Below are positions 52,931 through 64,000 of a DNA stretch of 64,000 nucleotides, one piece after another. The position numbers were made by a program, and so were the translations under genes. The DNA is from Octopus sinensis. Lineage: Eukaryota. The notes beneath the pieces were generated by a model that was not told where the DNA came from, did no database searches, and saw only the letters and a list, made by a program, of their open reading frames with translations. The stretch lies in NCBI RefSeq assembly GCF_006345805.1, contig NC_043017.1, forward strand, positions 27,404,001-27,468,000, in the 5' to 3' direction. How positions within the stretch are numbered: position 1 is the stretch's first letter; each line of letters opens with the position of its first letter.

Positions 52931-53625
52931 AGTTATCCGTAATAATGAAGGGTGAAATTAATTAATTTGGAATAATTATCAATTACACCAAGTAGTCTTC
53001 GGCACGTAAAAGCCTCATTCGAGGAAAATTTAAGTAATACTAAGCAATAAAGGGTTTAGCAACGAATTGCCTTACCACATACCGAATTTAGAAATAGCAG
53101 TCAAAAGGTTATAGCTATTTCTTCTACTAAAAAGGGAGATCTCAGTAAAAACAGCAATTGGAAGGCAGACACAAACACGCGGGTGGGAAGGGGCTGGTGA
53201 CACAATCTTTTCATTCACGCATTGAATTTGGTGATACTATTTTGCGGATTCTAGCTCGCTCTGATACTGAGTTGAGTTGGTGCCTTCTAGTATCTCAAAA
53301 TTCAATATATAATCATTTATGATATAGTATTCTACGCTGAAGAGAAAAGAAGTTTTGGTGAGATAGAATTATTTAATATTTAATTCTTATGCTTTCCTAA
53401 AAACTTGATTTCGAAACGTACGTCCGTAGATAACTTAAAATTGTATGATAGATTGCCGTCAATTCATTCTCTCTTACCTGTTTGTGTCTGCCTTCCAATT
53501 GCTGTTTTTACTGAGATCTCCCTTTTTAGTAGAAGAAATAGCTATAACCTTTTGACTGCTATTTCTAAATTCGGTATGTGGTAAGGCAATTCGTTGCTAA
53601 ACCCTTTATTGCTTAGTATATATAT
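52931..53625. mobile_element. PLE-like terminal structure with perfect 141-bp inverted repeats (53037-53177 / 53479-53619), TA tails outward
   Basis: Arms identical by base-by-base reading; (TA)n at 52915-52930 and 53617-53630. Confidence 0.85.
53331..53430 (+). ncRNA. Canonical type I hammerhead ribozyme with extended stem II; predicted cleavage after C53424 (GUC)
   Basis: UCUACG-CUGAAGA-[GAAA..69-nt hairpin..UUUC]-GAAAC-GUAC-GUC-CGUAGA: 6-bp stem I, all core nucleotides, palindromic ACGUACGU stem III. Confidence 0.85.
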
Positions 53626-53699
53626 ATATACCATTTACACATATTGGTTGTATCTATTGCATGCATAAACTCTCTAGGATGATGTGTTAGTAGATGCGT

Positions 53700-53985
53700 G
53701 TTTTATTATTATTATTATTATCATTATTATTATTATAATTATCATTATTATCATTATTATTATCATCAGTATTATTATCATTATTATTATCATCAGTATT
53801 ATTTTATTATTATCATTATTATCATTATTATTATCATCAGTATTATTATTATTATTATCATTATTATCATTATTATTATCATCAGTATTATCATTATTAT
53901 TATTATCATTATTATTATCATTATTATTATTATTATTATTATCAGTATTATTATTATTATTATCATTATTATTATTATTATTGTA
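53700..53985. repeat. (ATT/ATC)n trinucleotide microsatellite
   Basis: Direct reading. Confidence 0.95.
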
Positions 53986-54245
53986 TCAACAGCTAATCAA
54001 ACATCCGAGAGGCTGTAGAATGCATCAGTGACAGGGTTAGGATTTCCGGTGTAGTCAGTCGTAGGTTTCTTGCGTTTTCATCCCATGTATTGAGAGGCAC
54101 AAATTAGTCTTTATCTCATTTTAAGCTGTATGCACGGACCAAGGGTTATCTTAGTGATGCTGGTAACCATTGTGCCATGGTGTTTATAAAAATGGGGAAG
54201 TTGCGATTATTCATCCATACAATTAGCTAAAGTGTGATTATCAAT

Positions 54246-54600
54246 TTAAAGCCTACTGAATAGTGTGGAACTATCTGTATTAACATGCAATCGTCTTGTT
54301 AATCTTTCTGAAATTCTATTAATGAGCTTTTTTTTCATTAGTCCACAAATTGCACAGCGATTCCTCGGTGCATAATCTGCATCTCCTGGAAGTATGTGGT
54401 ACCGTTGTTCATGTCTTATGGACCAAGGGAGATCAAATTCACACTTATCGTCTTGAATTCCCACACAAAAACCAAAGATATCGAGAGCCTATTGTTGATT
54501 TTCATTTAAGCTGTCGACATGGTTTCATGAACGAATCGTCGTTGCACCAATGTAAACGCGCGGGCCGCCCTCGTGTGTGTAAGGTGCATTTATATTCAAC
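54246..54600 (-). pseudogene. Decayed Penelope-like GIY-YIG endonuclease C-terminal region
   Basis: Hand translation VEYKC..(frameshift)HEGGPRVYIGATTIRS*NHVDSLNENQQ*ALDIFGFCVGIQDDKCEFDLPWSI..PG..RCAICG..LINRISE; YIG motif, WSI, CxxC and LNxxSE-like tail recalled from PLE endonucleases. Confidence 0.7.
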
Positions 54601-54717
54601 ATGGGTAATCATGCAGAGGTTCATCAATAAGCATTTTGCTTTGTCTTTGCACGAGCATTTCTTAGATTTTGTGGCTCAAAACTCCCCTCAGAACTACCCC
54701 AAGGTATACACATAAAC

Positions 54718-54951
54718 TAAGGCAGCGAGCTGGCAGAAACGTTAGCACGCTGGACGAAATGCTTACCGGTATTTCGTCTGCCGTTACGTTCTGAGTTCAA
54801 ATTCCGCCGAGGTCGACTTTGCCTTTCATCCTTTCAGGGTCGATAAATTAAGTACCAGTTACGCACTGGGATCGATGTAATCGATGTAATACCTATGTCT
54901 GTCCTTGTTTGTCCCCTCTATGTTTAGCCCCTTGTGGGTAATAAAGAAATA
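54718..54951 (+). mobile_element. SINE family A with 15-bp TSD
   Basis: GGTATACAC(A/C)TAAAC at 54703-54717 and 54952-54966. Confidence 0.92.
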
Positions 54952-55654
54952 GGTATACACCTAAACCAGTTGTGCAATATACGAAGGATCGATGTTAGAT
55001 GTGTCGAAACGATTGTAGTGATCAATAAATATTCCCATATCTTCCATTTTCCATCTGTCGCATTAATCACCTCCGCACTAAACTAGTAAGCGTGTTTTAC
55101 CTGCTATCTACTAGGCTTATACCATATGATTTCATTAGATACTAATTATATATATCACGTAGCGTGATCACGTGTCCGACAGGCTATTAGATGCAGTTAC
55201 ACATCGCTGGTTACAATTCGCTTTTGCATTGTTTTATGCAAATAACGCCACTCCGCTACTGAGTGAGAAACAGCGTGAAATGATGTTTTGCTCAAAAATA
55301 CAATGCGGTGTCCAGTGTAGAATTCGAACCCTCATCTAGCCACTACGCCACGCGCCTACACACCCATATGTCATAATATAAAATGGAATACACATGACTG
55401 GCTTTCCACTGTACGTAATCCTTCTATTAATAACATTTTTGTTAGATGTAACCCAAACTTAACAGATTTTTCGGAACGCTGCAAAACAAGTTATCACTGA
55501 GAAAGCTTTCGGTCTGCAGTGCTCAAAAAAGAAAATGAATAAATAAAATTTAAAATAAAGGGAGGTCATGGACACTTTGTATACAAATGTACACAAACAT
55601 ATGCACACCTACCTCCTTATAAATATATATATATATATATATACATATATATAG

Positions 55655-56048
55655 TCGTAGGAATGGATGTGTGGTAAGTAGCTTGCTTACAAACTACATG
55701 GCTCCGGATTCAGTCTCACTGCGTGGCACCTTGGACAGGTGTCTTCTATAACCACGGGCTGACCAAAGCTTTGTGAGTGGATTTGGTAGACGGAAACTGA
55801 AAGAAGCCCATCGTATATATATATATATATATATATGGTGTGTGTCTGTGTGTGCCCGTGTTTGTCCCCCCCGACATCACTTGACAACCGATGCTGGTGT
55901 GTTTACGTCCCCGTCGCTTAGCGGTTCGGCAAAAGAGAAGGATAGAATAAGTACAAGGCCTACAAAAAATAAGTCGTGGGGTCGATTTACTCGACTAAAG
56001 GCGGTGCTCCAGCATGGCCACAGTCAAATGACTGAAACAAGTAAAAGA
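55655..56048 (+). mobile_element. SINE family B
   Basis: Matches family B. Confidence 0.88.
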
Positions 56049-57420
56049 ATATATATATTTATTTATTTAGTCATACACACCATATTGCTCAAAGTATTTA
56101 TTACTTCGTATTTTTCTAATGTGTCACATTGCTTGGCTGCACTTGAGACCACATAGTTCTGAAAGAAACTTCAACCACACATCCAATGCCTACCGCTGTA
56201 TTTATTGATGCTGTTGATGAGTCAATGTTACGGTCCAAATTGATTTTTATGTGACACTCGCAGATATTATCTTCGTGAGTTTATATCAAGTGCAAGGAAA
56301 CTGAAAAGAGCAGAGCCTTCCACTAGTGATTTAAGTTAACTAAATTCATTCAAATCAATATCATTGTTCTGTCGTTGATTATAAATATCACCATTAGAAA
56401 GCAGCGAACAAGCAGAATTGTTAGTACGCAGCATAAGATGATTTGCCGCATTTTTACCGGTTTTACGTTCTTAGATCAATTGCCACCGAGGTCGACATCC
56501 TTTTTCGCAGTCGATAAAATACGTAACTGTTGAGCAGTGAAGTGAATGTAATCGACTTACTCGCACCCTGTAAATTTGCTGGCCTTGTACCAAAATTTGT
56601 ATCCATTATAGTTTGGGCTGAGAAGCATTCGAGCAACAGAAAAAAAATAGCTTTCAGTATTTGCTCCCATTTTCTCGGTTCTTCGTTGAAATATCGCCAA
56701 CGTTAAGTTTGATTTTCATCCGTCCATTTTCCATGATATAAAGAAGTCAAGTTCTATGATCCGATGTTAATGATCGCATATTCTCGCCTCAAAATTCCAG
56801 GCTTTATTCATGAATTTGAAAACATTATACTTATTGGTGTGTTATTGTTTTGTTGTAATACCATCTTCTCTACTACAGTGTATACCAACATATTTTCGCC
56901 AACATTGAATCCATATTTATGTACAGCATATGTTTTGCTTTCAATTCGAATCGTTTTGATTTAACAGTTTTGAAATACGTGTAACGGTACCGTAACATAT
57001 ATAAAATGGAGCCCGTTCTGACCACGAATAACTTTGTACATTATGTGATTTATAGTACAGAAAAGAAATATATTTGCCACCGGATCTAAACATTTTTATA
57101 CTTCAGAATTGTTCCAAACATCGTATAATAATGTTTTACAAAATAGGGGATTATATTTTAGATGACGTCTGTAAACATAGAAATACGACGGTCAATGTAA
57201 TTGACAGTTTGTGAGGTTTCTCGGGTTGGTAAAAAAATAAGTACCAAATAAGTAGCCACTACACACATTTTTTCACTCATTTTTTCACTCCCTTTTCTCT
57301 CCTTTTCTCACTCCTTTTTTTCTCTCCTTTTTCTCTCTCCTTTTTTCTCTCCTTTTTCTCTCTCCTTTTTTTCACTCCTTTTTTTCACTCCTTTTTTCAC
57401 TCCTTGTTTTTTCTGTGTCC

Positions 57421-57456
57421 CTTTCTGTAGAAGAGCGTAGGCTCGAAACGTAAAAG
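57421..57456 (+). ncRNA. Minimal hammerhead-like motif with A6U core change in a PLE-like terminus
   Basis: CUUU-CUGUAGA-A-GAGC-GUAG-GCUC-GAAAC-GU-A-AAAG; the element ends in CTCTCCCT(AT)n at about 57548. Confidence 0.6.
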
Positions 57457-58289
57457 ACATTTTTCTTTTCCTGAGCGTTATACAAATACACCTGTTTGTT
57501 TTGTACACCACCTGTCTTCGTCTTTTGTTTTTTTCGTAAACTCTCCCTATATATATATATATGTATTTATATATATATATAAAATCATTTCACCGGACGC
57601 GCTTTCTGAATTTGTATCTAAACACGAGAACACTGACAGCGTGCATTTCACAACAGTTGCAACACGGTTTAAACAACAGATTAGTAACACTCTTACACAG
57701 CTGTACTATCGACAGCGAAGTGCAGAGGAAGATAATGAGAAGCACAGGGTCTTACACACAGACACAGAGATGCGAAAATTTCTTATTCGCTTAAGTATAA
57801 GCTCACCTGCGATCAATACACACGCGCATACCCCCTCCGTAAAATTCCTTCCATCTCCTCTCTCTCTCTCTCTTTTTGTCTCTGAATCTCCTCTCACTCT
57901 CACAGGCATTCAAATTTTACATATACACATGGCCATACACTCGCATATCAATGTGTGCGTGTCTGTACATATGCACATATATACATACTTATGCGTACGC
58001 ATGCATTGTGCGCGCACATACACACACATATATGATTCTTATACAAGAATGTTGTTGCCGGTAACTTCGAAGTCTGCTCCTGCTAACACATCGACAGATT
58101 TTCTGACGGTGGCCTAGCTGTCTAAACTTCGAAGTTACTTTCAACAGCTTTCTTTTATAAGAATAATAAATTTGTTCTATACAAAAATATAGAGTAACTA
58201 ATCACATTAGTGTAAAATTCATTTCATTATAACTGAACATAAAATGCAAAACAATAATTAATACATACATATATTTTTTTTTCTTTTAT

Positions 58290-59030
58290 TCTTTTTACTT
58301 ATTCCACTCAGTTTACTGCGGCCACGGTGGATCACCGCCTTTAGTCGAGCAAATCGGACCCAGGGCATATTCTATCGGTGTCTTTTGCCGAACCAGTAAA
58401 TTGCAGGGACGTAAACACACCAGCATCGATGGTGTCAAGCGACGTTGTGGGAAAAAAACACACGCACACATATACGATGGGCTTCTTTCAGTTTCCGTCA
58501 ACAAAATCTATTCAATGTTCTGGTCGGCCCGAGGCTATAGTAAAAGACACTTGCCCAAGGTGCTGCACAGTGGGACTGAACCCTGAACCATGTGGTTGGT
58601 AAACAAGCAACTTACCACATAGTCACTACTATATATACTCTTCTACTCTTTTTCTTGTTTCAGTCATTTGACTGTGGCCATGCTTGAGCATCGCCTTTAG
58701 TCGATCAAATCGAGCCCACGACGTATTCTTTGTAAGCCTAGTACTTTTTCTATCGGTCAGTTTTGCCGAACCGCTACGTTACGGGGACGCAAGCACACCA
58801 GCATCTGTTGTCAAGCGATGTTGGGGACAAACGCACAAACACACACACATATATATATATATACATAAATACGAAGGGCTTCTTTCAGTTTCCATCTACC
58901 AAATCCACTCAATGCTTTAGTCGGCCCGAGGCTATGGTAGAAGACACTTACTCAAGGTGCCACGCAGTGTGACTGAACCTGGTACCATGTGGTTTGTAAG
59001 CAGGCTACTTACCACAAAGCCACTCCTATA
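58290..59030 (-). mobile_element. Two adjacent SINE family B copies (about 58290-58625 and 58640-59030)
   Basis: Reverse complements of family B. Confidence 0.85.
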
Positions 59031-59058
59031 TATAGATACATACATATGTGTGTGTATG

Positions 59059-59101
<43 letters not shown>

Positions 59102-60080
59102 TTGCAAATTCACCTCTAAATTTTTTTTATTTCATTCTATCTTTCATCCCACAGTTTTTGTGAGGTACGTTCTGTGCTTGACTTAACAAGTACCAACTCT
59201 CTAAAGAAAGTTGCGTTTATTTCGTAACACTTGTGAGTTATGAGAATTTGCTGCACATTCTCTAATGCATATTAACAGTTTGTTGTTGATTATTATTTAA
59301 TAGTAGTACACTAACTAACCAGTAACAGCTGCATCAAATGCAGCGGCTGTGCAGCAGGATCAAAAGCAACAGTTGTAGTAGTAGCAAAATCGGCATTAAC
59401 AGCAGCAGTAGCTATATTAACTGTAGTAGTAGTCACTTTACTTTGTCATCTTAGAGTATTAATAGAAGCAACCCCATTAGTAGTAGTAGCCGTAGCAGCC
59501 ATAGTAGTAGTAGTAGTAGTAGTATGATTGATATCAGTAACAGCAACAACTGTGAAATAAGTCATAGCTGCAGCAGCATAAATTAGAACGGAGGCGATGA
59601 AATGGTAGATTCGTTGAAGCGTGTGATAAATATGTCTTGCGTTATTGGTTCTGGTATTCTGCTCTCGTCAGGGTCACCTTTGCCTTTTATCGTTTAGCGA
59701 TCAATAAATAAAATACCAGTCCAGTACTGCGGTCGACATAACTCTACTTTCACTTTCATTATCTGTCTCGCTCTTTCTCTGTATCTCTCTGCTTAGTGCT
59801 CGTAATTTTACGTCCTGTCATTAACATATAGCATCTCACGTTGAATCGACCTGAGAGTTGCACTAATGTTACAATTGTCTGTAGAATAACTAAATAGGCA
59901 AACGTTAATATCATAAGTAGATGTTCATTTCATCGTACAAACTAAATGCTCGTCGCCAAAACGAACCGACACCCCACCGTTTATAGCTATATTAATAATT
60001 ATTTCTCAAATACGCAGAAGTTCAGAAATTGCGGTTATATCTGTTGTTGTTGCTATTATTATTATTATTATTATTATTAA

Positions 60081-60306
60081 TAAGGCGGTGAGCTGGCAAA
60101 ATCGTTAGCACGCCAGGCGAAATGCTTAGCGGCATTTCGTCTGCCGTTACGTTCTGAGTTCAAAATCCGCCGAGGTCCACTTCGCCTTTCATCCTTTCGG
60201 GGTCGATAAATTAAGTACCAGTCACGCACTGGGGTTGATGTAATCGACTTAATCCGTTTGTCTGTCCTTGTTTGCCCCCTCTATGTTTAGCCCCATGTGG
60301 ACAATA
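60081..60306 (+). mobile_element. SINE family A
   Basis: Matches family A. Confidence 0.9.
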
Positions 60307-60330
60307 AATTATTAATATTATTATTATTAT

Positions 60331-60780
60331 TGTGTGAGAGAGCAGTGCATGCAATCAAAGCATCATTGGAGTAAAATATACGAAGCGCAGTATACCGATG
60401 ATGACTACCTGTCTGATGTAGCATTTTATTTAAAACGAGTTGCACATCCGCTCCAAAGGGCCCTGAATAAGGGTTGTATAAAGATGTTGAACAACAAAAC
60501 CATGTTTCAAGAGGTTAGTTATCCAAGCCAATAAGATTTCCTCTCAGCACATGGATATGATGCTCCCCTATTACTTCTGCTCTTCATCAGAGATGCACAT
60601 ATCGTCAACCACATAGGGACATGCTCAACTGGTCATGGTCAAACAATTGACAAGCAAATCTGTGGTATTGAGCAGAATATTTGCTGTAACACATCTTTTA
60701 TACCAAAACAAAACAATATACATAATAACATTTCCTATCAGTTAAGATTGAAAGCCACTGCCTGGTACTTCATCAGGGCA
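60331..60780 (-). mobile_element. Unclassified about 450-bp non-autonomous element with (TAA)n tail
   Basis: Minus strand begins TGCCCTGATG and ends CACTGCTCTCTCAC followed by (AAT)n; second partial copy at 33665-33844. Confidence 0.65.
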
Positions 60781-61963
60781 GAGCAACTGTCTGGTTGTTA
60801 TTATTATGATAAAGGTAGCGATCAGGCAGAATCGTTATCACAACGGTCAGAATGCTTAACGGCATTTTGTCCGTCTATACGTCCTCCGCTCAAATTCCGC
60901 CGGGGTCACCCTTGTTTTCATCTTTTCGGTTTCGATAAGTTAGGTACCAGTTAAGTACTGAGGTCGGTGTTAACTGCTTATCTACCTCCCCACAAATTTC
61001 AGGCCTTGTGCCTATAGTAGGAGCGATAATTATTATCATTATAATAATAATAATAATAATTATTATTATGGGATAAACCGTCGAGCGAAGAAAATCGTTA
61101 CTACGTCAGTCGAAGTTTGTCTGGCGGCTTCATCGAGCTTTATACGCTGGGTGGCAAAGCCATGCAAGGCTCTAATTTCTAAAGCAATGGCATTGGACGA
61201 CATCTTGTATGTCTTCTAACATAATCGAAAACCAACAATTGTTTTGTGAAGCGAATTTGAAACACAAATCCTTATCACGAGTGTATATAACAACAAGCAC
61301 ACACACAAACACATATATACATATGCATAAATATGTGCATATATGTATCTCTTCATTTATGTTATTATGTTTGGTCATCCCCACCACTTGAGGACATGTC
61401 TTGGTTTGTTCCGTTACAGTAAATAGTGATTCTGCAAATATGTCTCCTAAAATATGAGCTAATCTTAAATAATAAATGCATGGGTCCATTAATCCAATTA
61501 AATCTGTCAAGGCAAAACACCCAGCATTTCCAAAATCGAGTGACTGGAAAAAAATTAATTAATTTATGGCATATCATAGTAACACTAACAGAACTCTTTA
61601 ATACATCTGTATATGTAGGAGCACGCGTGACTGTGTGGTAAGAAGTTTGTTTCGAAACCACATGGTTCTCTGTCCAATCATAGTCCGTGATACCTTGGGT
61701 AATTGTCTTCAATTACAGCCTCGGGCCCACCAAAGCCTTGTGACTGGATTGGTAGAATGATACTTAAAGGAACCCATCGTATACACACATATAGACATTC
61801 ACTTATATATATATGCTCGAAATGAGGAGTAGGTAGGCAACTGTTGAAGAGTCGTTCTTTATGTTACTTTCCTGTTTTTCATTTGTTTCTCTCGTTGTTT
61901 ACGTATTAAACACATTTGTTTTCGTATTTCATGTTGTTGAATGTTTGTGACGTCCTATAACTG

Positions 61964-62049
<86 letters not shown>

Positions 62050-62170
62050 GTGTGTGTGTGTGTGTGTATATATATATAGACTTAATATATATATATTTAG
62101 ATATATACACACATAATATATATTATATATATATATACACACATAATATATATATATATATATACACATA

Positions 62171-62235
<65 letters not shown>

Positions 62236-62427
62236 CATACATACATAATATATATATATTTATATGCATATATGGGTACAGGAAGTAACAAACAGTAAAC
62301 AACATGAAATACGTAATCAAATGAGTTGAAAGCGCAACCAACGAAAGAAATCATTTTATTTATATTTATATATATTTAAACACTTATATATATATATATA
62401 TTTATACATATATGTATATATATTTAA

Positions 62428-62460
<33 letters not shown>

Positions 62461-63454
62461 CATACACACATAAATATGGGTGTTATTTAATATGCGTAAT
62501 ATATATCTTAATGTGATACTATTAGTTTCTTGTGCCGAGAATCATTGTTTTTTAACCTGTCTGGTTCACCAGCACAGTTATCATGCACAGCCCACTTGGC
62601 ATAAGATCATTGTGTGTGTGTATGTTTGTGTGTGTGTGTGTGTGTACTCGTGTGTCTTTTACATCTGAGTCTGTCCCTCGCCACCGCTTGACAACCTGTG
62701 GTAGTGTATTTATATCCCAATAACCTAGCCATCCGTCAAAAAGTGCACGCTAGAATAAGCATCTAGCTTGTAAATATTACTTCTAAATATCGAATTTTCA
62801 ACTGAAACACTTCAACGCAATGCCCCAGCATGACCGCAGCCATATAACTAAAACAGTTAGAAGATAGATGCTGGAAACTAGAAGAGAAAAAGTAGAAGAT
62901 ATAGGTATGAAAACTGCAAAAAACCTCCTTCTGTTATAACTTATTCATTTGCAATTATTCATCCAAGCAGAACGGATCTGGAAGAGAAAACTCTGAGTAT
63001 TAGCTATATGGTATTTTATTGTTTGACTTTTCCTATTCACGATCTGAACTAGACGCTCTTATTACATTATTATGTGATTCTGTACAATACGTAATATGGA
63101 AGCCATGTTATTGTAGTGAAAATGTCTTGTGTATAAAGTATTATGTGACCAGTAAGGAGAAGATGTTTTTTATTGTGTGCAAATTTGCAAAACATGGTGT
63201 AATATATTTTTTTTTTTGTGATCTCTCCGCGTTTTTGTTTCTATTATTATTTTATTTATTATCTTTATTTATCCATTTTTTGGTTTTTAGTATTGGCAAC
63301 ATTTTTATATCTTGATTATTTCCATTGCGAAGCCATTTTATAAGTTTATAACTGTTCAATTTCCCTCCAGACGATGTTATGATATGCAGTGATAGAGATG
63401 TTTATCAGATATTGCCTTATTACTATTTTTGTGTTGTAACAGTTCTTGCTGTTG

Positions 63455-63456
63455 TC

Positions 63457-63491
<35 letters not shown>

Positions 63492-63610
63492 TACTTTTAT
63501 TATTATTACTCTTATTATTATTATTACTTATTATTATTATTATTATTATTACTTTTATTATTATTATTTTTTTTTTCTTCTTATCATTATTATTATTACT
63601 TTTATTATTA
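63455..63610. repeat. (ATT)n microsatellite
   Basis: Direct reading. Confidence 0.95.
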
Positions 63611-64000
63611 TCGTACACAGCATCGGTTTGGTAGATACCAAACTCTTCCCCCTACAGTCACACGTACTTTGCACCGTTTCCATTGTCCTTGTTCAGCTTA
63701 GTAAACGAGATTTCTGCTGAGAGAGGTAATTCACCTCGATATCCAATAACCTCGACCAAACATTTACGCTTCTTGCCAGACACTTCGAATTAAACATAAA
63801 AATTTGTTTTCTAACAGCTTCACTGCAATTTCAACTTTTAGACATCCGCATTCTAGGTTTTGGTCAATAGGACGAATAGTCAGAGCTTCGGAAAGAAATT
63901 CCGTGAGATAACTTCTTGTTATAAGTTGAAATATTTCAAAGATTAACTATGCCTTTCCTCCTCTTGATGTGGATGATATTGATCTCCCGGTACTCCGTCA

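Noticed and set aside
52991-53021. Minus-strand CGAAUGA-GGC..GCC-GAAGAC
   Set aside because: Three or more core positions differ and no stems I/III.
54510-54535. In-frame TGA in the GIY-YIG fragment as possible selenocysteine
   Set aside because: The same frame has a TAG and a frameshift and no SECIS was seen; ordinary decay is simpler.
55001-55025. GTC-GAAAC-GATT-GTA half motif, also at about 10988-11003 (-)
   Set aside because: No CUGANGA half in either copy.
57585-58117. Protein-like open frame (ISPDALSEFVSKHEN..)
   Set aside because: No recognisable domain, no good splice or start context, runs into microsatellites.
63840-63960. RFWSIGRIV frame resembling BEL/Pao integrase tail
   Set aside because: Single short motif, stops nearby, window ends.

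Overview
AT-rich eukaryotic non-coding DNA, almost entirely repeats. The SINE families and the extreme (TA)n/(CA)n load look like an octopod cephalopod genome; that is recall, not a database result. I can support no host protein-coding gene: nearly all long ORFs in the track are translations of microsatellites. Recognisable content: many copies of two abundant tRNA-headed SINEs (here called A and B), several rarer SINEs, a decayed Ty3/Gypsy integrase, two decayed Penelope-like (PLE) GIY-YIG endonuclease fragments, a 2.9-kb microsatellite-derived minisatellite, and a 100-N assembly gap. The strongest signal is a set of unrelated hammerhead-ribozyme (HHR) motifs in PLE-like termini. They are a canonical type I HHR with a 69-nt stem II between perfect 141-bp inverted repeats (53331-53430), two head-to-head HHRs in a 141-bp palindrome (32293-32433), a G3-C8 core-swapped minimal HHR (7348-7394), an A6U variant (57421-57456), an inverted degenerate pair (41307-41559) and a stem-I-less core (36077-36115). 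Also seen: a head-to-tail (circularly permuted) copy of a non-LTR element, and SINE concatemers that all rejoin at one internal site. All folds and alignments were done by eye; no activity is demonstrated.
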